Source of the DNA: a bacterium
GTDB taxonomy: Bacteria > JAMCPX01
NCBI GenBank assembly: GCA_037439545.1
Contig: JBBIVV010000017.1
Location: 1 to 47,010 of the forward strand
Direction of reading: 5' to 3'
DNA: 47,010 bases
The notes under the pieces are model-generated. The model had not been told where the DNA came from. It saw only the letters and a program-made list of their open reading frames with translations, and searched no databases. Numbering within the stretch: position 1 is the stretch's first letter; the number at the start of each line of letters is the position of its first letter. A program made the translations under genes and the position numbers. Shown here piece after piece: positions 40,957-47,010 of the stretch.

Positions 40957-41961
40957 CTATTGTACCTGTTTAACACGGGTCCTTAAAGCCTCAATCAAAT
41001 TCCGGAGGGTGTGATCAGTCGCAGTACACCCTATTACGACATAGATATCGTATGTTGAGTTCTTTACCTTCAATTTTAACAGTTTTTGTTTGCCAGGAAT
41101 AAGTCTCAGTATCTCTATGGACTGGTTATAGTATGGTCCGTCGAATATTACCTCTGATGATTTATAATTCAAAGTTTGAGCAACACCTACTTCTACTACT
41201 CTGAATCCAGCGGACATTATTTTATTCGCAAAAAAGTCCGCTTTATTTTCGGATGCACAGCCATTCGCGACAATGACCTTCGGGCCACCGGCTGCCTCTT
41301 CCGATTTAACAGGCGGTGTTTGAATCGTTTTCTCTTCCGTCATGGCCGGCATCAATCCGCCCGAGTCAACAAACAGTGTGTATGTCACCAGGGTCTTGTC
41401 GCCTTCAAGGGGTAAAAGGTCCCATGAGCCGTTGTTTGTTTTTAAATTTCCAATTACCATGCTCCAGTTCTGAAACCACCGGTCGTTCGTAACAGTGTCC
41501 TCGAGTTTTACAACATACCATTTATGTACAGGTGACCAGGGGACGCTCAATAGACTAAAAAAGTAGCCTGTTGTATCGATCATCTTTTCAATCCGGTGTT
41601 TCTTAAGAAGTTGGATAAGTTCTTTCGGATCGCCGGTAGTATAATCGAACTTCAGTGCTTTTACTTGAGGGATCACGGACGGATCGATGAGTATACTTTC
41701 AAGCATTGAAGGCATAAAGCGTTTAAAATCATTGTTCTCATGTATAACTTTCCAGACTTCCGCAGGAGGGGCATCCACGATGCCGATTGCGACCCCCCTC
41801 TCTTCCCCCGGCCTCACTGGTTCCACCCGGTTTATGATATCCCCTCTTTTCAGCAATACCCATTGATCAGGGGTTATATTTGCTGCAAAAGACCTGCTTT
41901 CAAACGAAACAAGAAAAATTATGACAACGGCCCAGAATGTATGGTTTAACAATTTTAGCAT
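40957..41961 (-). CDS. Exported START/SRPBCC protein with a LytR_C-like insert
   Basis: Signal peptide; VDAPPAEVWKVI...FMP; GSWDLLP...TLVTYTL; VIVANG...GFRVVEVG...DIYVVIG. Confidence 0.65.
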   Translation of the reverse strand: MLKLLNHTFWAVVIIFLVSFESRSFAANITPDQWVLLKRGDIINRVEPVRPGEERGVAIGIVDAPPAEVWKVIHENNDFKRFMPSMLESILIDPSVIPQVKALKFDYTTGDPKELIQLLKKHRIEKMIDTTGYFFSLLSVPWSPVHKWYVVKLEDTVTNDRWFQNWSMVIGNLKTNNGSWDLLPLEGDKTLVTYTLFVDSGGLMPAMTEEKTIQTPPVKSEEAAGGPKVIVANGCASENKADFFANKIMSAGFRVVEVGVAQTLNYKSSEVIFDGPYYNQSIEILRLIPGKQKLLKLKVKNSTYDIYVVIGCTATDHTLRNLIEALRTRVKQVQ

Positions 41962-42087
41962 AAAAATATAATATAATATTTTTATGTTAAAGTCATCAAA
42001 TTAAAACCGATTGCCGGTAACCGCAGTGTCAATCGTTTGCGAAGCAGAAACTCAATACCTTCATAACCCTCCTCTGAACGATAACGG

Positions 42088-44535
42088 TTAAAATATCTCC
42101 ATTCTGTAGTTTGTCGAAGGATTTGACGATGTGCCCTGCAGGGTGAAGATGCTGCTTCCATTCGCATTTCCATGTACACTGAATGTTGTCCCGCTGATCA
42201 CACCGCAGGCAACAGTCCCGGGAATAGGTGAGGTACATGGCTGGAGTGTCTGTCCGTTCTGGTCTGTTAACGTAATACCCTGTGGCGGATTCACACCATT
42301 GCCCGAAGACGTGAGCGTAAATACAGAGCCGTCGTATACGGTAAATCCTCCGTTTGCTCCGGGATAAACACGGATTGTCTGCGCGGTAATGACACCGGCA
42401 AGTGTCGTAACCGTGGTAAGGGTAGTGCCTGTTATCAAGGTATCCGGCGCTTGCGTTAACATTGGTATTATCGAACCGGCAGGCACATACAAAGGTATAG
42501 TATCCATCGGTGCTGGCACAGTAACGCTTACACCGCCTGCAACAGCAGAACCGCCGTTGAACGGATACCAGTTACCAGACGGCAGGTATAATGTCCTGCT
42601 CGTAGCACCTTGCGTTATGACAGGTGCGACAAGGATTTCATCTCCGAATAAATATTCATCGTCAATAGCCGCTGTTTTCGGATCATTGAAGAATTTCAGC
42701 CACAGTGCTTGCATGATGGGCATGCCGTTTTCGTGTGCTTGTGTGATATAGGTATAGATATAAGGGAACAACTCCACGTGCAGGGTTGCGTAGGTTTTGA
42801 ACATCTGGATCGTATCGGGATCAGAATCCCAGTTCCAGTTCTGGAACACGTCAAACCCCCTGTGCGTCCGCATGACCGGCGTAAAACAACCGAGCTCTGT
42901 CCACCTATAATAAAGCTCCTTCGTTGATGGTGTACCGCCTGATGCATAGCCGGCAATGTCATGTGTGAATATGGGTACACCTGACACACCAAGGTTGATG
43001 GCCGCATCTATGACTGTCGGAAGGCCGAACTCCTTGTCGAAGTCTGCATCCTGATCACCTGCCCAGAGAACAGGCTGATAAGGCTGTGACCCGAGATAGC
43101 CCGAACGCATAAAGAACGCGAAATCGCCGTCGGGTATCGCCGAAGACATAAACCCATAATTAAGCTTTGCCCACAATACCGGATATCGGTTGTGCATAAC
43201 GTCTCCACTGCCGCCTTTCATCGAAGCGTCAAAAGGCAGCCATTCACCGAAGTCCGCCATCCATCCGCTGAACCCAAGGGTAACGGCGGTCATCATGAAT
43301 CCCTGCATCCATGCAGCAGCGGAATCATTTGAAACATCGAGCATGCTTTCAGGTGTAAACAATGAACCGGTAAATGTGTAGGGAAGGCCGTTGGATTGGG
43401 TTATCAAATATCCCGATGTTGCGGCGGTATTCCAATAACTCCGCTGTGAGTTGACGAATGAATTAAAATACGCAAGCGTTTTAAAACCCATAGAATTGAG
43501 TGACATGTTCATTCCGCTCATATCCGGGTACAGGGTCGTATCTGATATCCAGTTGTGACCGGTAACATATCCGTTCGGAAATGTTACTGCGCTTGCCCAG
43601 TCCTGGTACCATATCGCCGATGACGGTATATGGACCAGTCGGAGTTCATCGGCGGTGTTTATGAGCTCGCTCTGACCCAACTCTGCCGCTATCCACGGCC
43701 CAATTACCCATGGAGGAGAAAGCGGTTGTCTTCCTACAATACCGGTGAAGTCCTGAATAATGTGTATCGGGTCTGTGTCCGAGATCAGAATGATATCCAT
43801 GCTTGAGTCCCAGATCTCGATACGTGCCTGCCTTTGGTTTGATGCACAGAGATCGAACTTGCTGTACACCGTTGAACTTATCAGTATACCTGCAGGTTTG
43901 CTGGTCAGCATAAACGGCTCGGGAAAATAGGTAGCATGAAGTGCAGCATTAAAGTTTGAACTACTGGGGACATCCTGCAAGAATCCGTGGTCCTGGGCCC
44001 ATATTCCGACGATATTCCCTTTTTGATCGAAGCTGTTGAATTGCTCGCCAAGTCCGTAAAAATGATCACTGCTGTTGCACGTAAGATTGAGTGTTATTCT
44101 ATTTACCGATTGTCCGGCAGTAGTTGTGCCTGATGGTGCGGTAATGGATATTCCGAGCATAGTATTGTTTATCGGTGCAATGATCATGATACCGTCCCCG
44201 GCTAAAGAACTTATCTGAACGATAAGCTGATCCGAACTTGAATAGAGGACATGAAGGGCAATGACCGGTATCCATGAAGCTGTTTCAGTTATTGCAAAAG
44301 AAGCGAAATGTTCATTGATCAGCGGTGTGCCACTGCCAAACATAATGGTGCCGTTCGAATAGCCCGGCAGTATATTTCTTCCATAGTGGTCTGTTACAGA
44401 TAAATTCGTATTTCCGATCTGTACGCTGAATGAACCGAGTTTAAACGATTTTGAGTTCGATAAACTGTTATTGCACGCCGCTGTTACTATGAGCAGCACA
44501 AAACCAAAAATGAATAGAAAATATACCTTCTTCAT
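42088..44535 (-). CDS. GH31 glycoside hydrolase lipoprotein (sulfoquinovosidase-like clade)
   Basis: Lipobox TAAC; YGLGEQF, WYQDW, GWMADFGEWLP, WAGDQ, HDIAGY, MRTH. Confidence 0.9.
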   Translation of the reverse strand: MKKVYFLFIFGFVLLIVTAACNNSLSNSKSFKLGSFSVQIGNTNLSVTDHYGRNILPGYSNGTIMFGSGTPLINEHFASFAITETASWIPVIALHVLYSSSDQLIVQISSLAGDGIMIIAPINNTMLGISITAPSGTTTAGQSVNRITLNLTCNSSDHFYGLGEQFNSFDQKGNIVGIWAQDHGFLQDVPSSSNFNAALHATYFPEPFMLTSKPAGILISSTVYSKFDLCASNQRQARIEIWDSSMDIILISDTDPIHIIQDFTGIVGRQPLSPPWVIGPWIAAELGQSELINTADELRLVHIPSSAIWYQDWASAVTFPNGYVTGHNWISDTTLYPDMSGMNMSLNSMGFKTLAYFNSFVNSQRSYWNTAATSGYLITQSNGLPYTFTGSLFTPESMLDVSNDSAAAWMQGFMMTAVTLGFSGWMADFGEWLPFDASMKGGSGDVMHNRYPVLWAKLNYGFMSSAIPDGDFAFFMRSGYLGSQPYQPVLWAGDQDADFDKEFGLPTVIDAAINLGVSGVPIFTHDIAGYASGGTPSTKELYYRWTELGCFTPVMRTHRGFDVFQNWNWDSDPDTIQMFKTYATLHVELFPYIYTYITQAHENGMPIMQALWLKFFNDPKTAAIDDEYLFGDEILVAPVITQGATSRTLYLPSGNWYPFNGGSAVAGGVSVTVPAPMDTIPLYVPAGSIIPMLTQAPDTLITGTTLTTVTTLAGVITAQTIRVYPGANGGFTVYDGSVFTLTSSGNGVNPPQGITLTDQNGQTLQPCTSPIPGTVACGVISGTTFSVHGNANGSSIFTLQGTSSNPSTNYRMEIF

Positions 44536-44543
44536 TTGCCTAA

Positions 44544-44719
44544 TTCCAGGGGTAAAAGGTCCCATGACCTATTGATTGTTCTTCGATTTTCATTTACCAT
44601 GCTCCCGTTTTGAAACCACCGGTCATTCGTAACAGTATCCCCGGCACAGAATATAGAGTTTAATAATATTATTATAAAGAATAGTATATAATATTTTCAC
44701 GCTAAAGTCATCAATTTAA
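44544..44719 (-). pseudogene. Decayed partial duplicate of the SRPBCC gene (promoter, first 11 codons, internal segment)
   Basis: 44544-44640 matches 41404-41500 at 83/97 nt by hand count; 44642-44719 matches 41928-42004; ATG changed to ATA. Confidence 0.85.
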
Positions 44720-45002
44720 GTATAACTTAAGCTGACATAAGGAAAAGGCTCAAATAACGTCAATATAGAGTGTATTAATGAATTTTACTGACATATTCTT
44801 TCAAAGGTCATAAAGTTCTTCCTGACACATTTGGCATGGGGCGGTTCATGAAATGGTCTTCACCGATAAAGTATCGGGCAAAGACACCAAGTGGTCACAA
44901 TTCAACGCCTTACTCTTTCTTAGCGTACGATTTTTTCTGTTTCGTGAGCTGGCCCCGTAAATGGCCGTAATCTTATATTATGAAAAAATAGAGGAGATAA
45001 GC

Positions 45003-45245
45003 ATGGCCATTAAGGACGAATAGCGAGACGGGATATTAAAGGGCTGCAAGACCCCGGATAGCATGACGGGTCACCACGATGGAATCAATCATCTGACGAA
45101 GCGGCACTTAAAAAGGCATTATCGGCAGAGATTACCGAACATCTCAGTTATGAGAAGTATTCAGCCGAAGGACACAACAGGAGATCGTCCACGACTAACA
45201 ACATTGAGGGCCGCGATACTACCCCCGGTTTGACAAACAGATAAA
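45003..45245 (+). pseudogene. IS256-family transposase N-terminal remnant
   Basis: GAGGAG RBS then MAIKDE*RDGILKGCKTP* and, later, ALSAEITEHLSYEKYSAEGHN; matches the recalled IS256 pattern AELTEHLGYEK; stops and frameshifts present. Confidence 0.7.
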
Positions 45246-45328
45246 ACGATCTAACTTAATTGACTCGGGAAGGGGTATTTTTCAGGATGATGATTTTATT
45301 TTGAGAGTTAAATGGAGGATTCAAGTTT

Positions 45329-45817
45329 ATGGAAAAAACAAATTATATTGTTGATTTTAATAATGTGTCTACAGCCGGTTTAGAGTCTTCACCCGTAAAA
45401 GAAGCGCTTGCTGGTCTTCGCGCTAACGAAGCCCGTTACTTTATGAACAAATATAAGCATGAGTTTACAGTTGTACCTGCAAGGGAAAGCCAGGACACTC
45501 TTAGCTATGTGAACCGAATTTTAAAAAAAGAACGTGGTATTGATTTTGTTGCCAAACCTTTGGAGACGTCGTGCTTTCAAGTGGAAAATATCAAATGGGC
45601 TTATGTCTTTTATGAGGATGGTCTCGGCGTCAACGTCATGTATTCGGTTGATGACCCAAAGAAGCGGGCCGTTGGTTTTAAACTTTCCGAAGGAATGGAT
45701 GTGCCAAAGGAGTTAGGTAAGTTTAAGTTTGCGACGCAGAAATCCAAACTCGCGGGAACGATCCGAGGTTCTTTTTTTGTAATTAAAGGGGAATATTATT
45801 TAAAACTGCATAAATAA
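45329..45817 (+). CDS. Conserved hypothetical protein
   Basis: GGAGG RBS, intact ORF; LAGLRANEARYF and KRAVGFKLSEGM resemble a family recalled as loosely labelled 'phage tail protein' (unverified); last 6 aa are IS-derived. Confidence 0.75.
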   Translation: MEKTNYIVDFNNVSTAGLESSPVKEALAGLRANEARYFMNKYKHEFTVVPARESQDTLSYVNRILKKERGIDFVAKPLETSCFQVENIKWAYVFYEDGLGVNVMYSVDDPKKRAVGFKLSEGMDVPKELGKFKFATQKSKLAGTIRGSFFVIKGEYYLKLHK

Positions 45818-46903
45818 TGTCCTATATGATGGGGAGGAGGTTAAAACCGATGAGACCCCATGGCAGCCCAATACAGTCGGAACAAAGACGTTTACAGGCA
45901 ATTGCATTACTTAAGATAGGACTTCTTCCTGTAGAAGTATCCAGACGCATAGGAGTTGACCGTCGATCAGTTCGTCGTTGGAATCAGCGTATCGTGTAGG
46001 AGGGACTTCTGGGCTCAAAGCAAAACAGGCTTCCGGACGTCCTCACAAATTATTATCTATTAAAAAGAAGCTGGTAGAACAGATGCTTTTAAGTGGTGCT
46101 AAGAAAGCCGGTTTTCCAACGGATCTATGGACTTGCCCGAGAGTAGCAAAAGCAATTTATAAGTTGTTTCACATTCACTATCATCCGGATCATATTGGTC
46201 GCCTGCTTCATAGTATGGGATGGAGTCCCCAGGAACCAGAACGGCGGGCCAGAGAACGAAACGAGCATGCCATTGCTGGATGGGTCAAAGTTGATTGGGA
46301 ACGCATTAAAAAAAAGCCCATAAATTAAATGCCCATTTGGTCTTCATAGATGAGAGCGGTCTTCTTATGGCTCCTCTGGTACGTCGTACATGGGCACCCC
46401 GTGGTCGAACTCCAGTTTTGTATCAAAGAACCTCTTCGCATGAGAAGGTTTCCATTATAGCCGCTATTTCTGTTTCACCACAGAGAAAAAGGATAGGGCT
46501 TTACTTTCCGCTCTATTCTTCTAATATTACCGCCCCTCTTGTGATACGATTCTTAAAACAACTCACGGTACATATTCAGAAACCAATAATCCTTGAATGG
46601 GATCATTTGCTTGCACATCGGGCTAAAATCACGCAAAAACTGCTTCAGAGGCGTTGGAATTTGCATATGTTTTTCTTTCCCTCATACGCTCAGAAGCTTA
46701 ACCCGGTGGAATTCCTATGGTCTTATCTGAAAAGTAACCCTTTAGCCAACTTCCCTATGTACGATTCATCTACTCTTGCCAGGGTTGCGCGCGCTATCAT
46801 GCTTCCATACTTAAGCACAAAGAAAAACTTTTACGGTCTTTCCTGTATACCACCCCTCTTTTTTTACGCCAATAATAGGACGTTACTTATACAGGTATCA
46901 ATA
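45797..46903 (+). mobile_element. IS630-family insertion sequence (degenerate)
   Basis: Imperfect terminal IRs including the TA (45797-45825 vs 46875-46903, 23/29); HTH, winged-helix and DDE transposase motifs (FIDESG, WD, LNPVE). Confidence 0.9.
45850..46875 (+). pseudogene. IS630 transposase, frameshifted
   Basis: Programmed -1 slip site A8G at 46308-46316; additional frameshifts near 45981 and 46790. Confidence 0.85.
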
Positions 46904-46969
46904 GCGGAGCCCGCTGGTTCTCAAGCTCTTGTTTGTCTGTGCTGACCCGCAGGTACTTGAAAAGCAAAA

Positions 46970-47010
46970 TGGCCAGAGAGGGAATTGAACCCCCGACACG
47001 CGGATTTTCA
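46970..47010 (-). tRNA. tRNA-Phe(GAA), 3' half (truncated by the window)
   Basis: Minus strand TGAAAATCCGCGTGTCGGGGGTTCAATTCCCTCTCTGGCCA: GAA anticodon loop, T-loop GTTCAATT, acceptor 3' strand. Confidence 0.9.

Noticed and set aside
45329..45817. Prophage, based on the recalled 'phage tail protein' label
   Set aside because: No other phage genes, integrase or att sites in the window
46876..46945. C-terminal extension of the transposase ORF past the right IR
   Set aside because: Caused by the frameshift near 46790; the likely true end (...TTPLFLRQ*) stops at 46875
1..47010. CRISPR array, rRNA or defence island
   Set aside because: No regularly spaced direct repeats, rRNA signatures or recognisable defence genes were seen by eye

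Overview
Chromosomal window from a moderate-GC bacterium. Gene content and synteny look deltaproteobacterial or Myxococcota-like, which is an inference. Most of it is housekeeping: a 2-hydroxyacyl-CoA dehydratase/activator trio, ribD-ribE-ribBA-ribH-nusB, fabH-rimI-pyrK-M20 hydrolase, yceD-rpmF-plsX-fabK-fabD-fabG-acpP-fabF-(rpiB::glyA fusion)-nrdR, comEC, dcd, uvrC and pepA-btuR-ICM-type mutase. The best candidate for an undescribed system is at 12.1-16.9 kb: outer-membrane beta-barrel, APC permease, PP2C phosphatase, Ser/Thr kinase and PII, with sigma54-type promoters at both ends and a shared 12-bp upstream motif. Other notable points are an in-frame RpiB-GlyA fusion with an internal start, FabK with Glu at the catalytic His position, a START/SRPBCC protein with a LytR_C-like insert, and a sulfoquinovosidase-like GH31 lipoprotein sitting behind a decayed duplicate of its neighbour's promoter and 5' end. 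Mobile DNA includes a 250-bp MITE-like element, an IS256 remnant and a degenerate IS630 inserted exactly in a TAG stop codon next to tRNA-Phe. No CRISPR array or prophage was seen. All calls come from reading motifs by eye; no searches were run.
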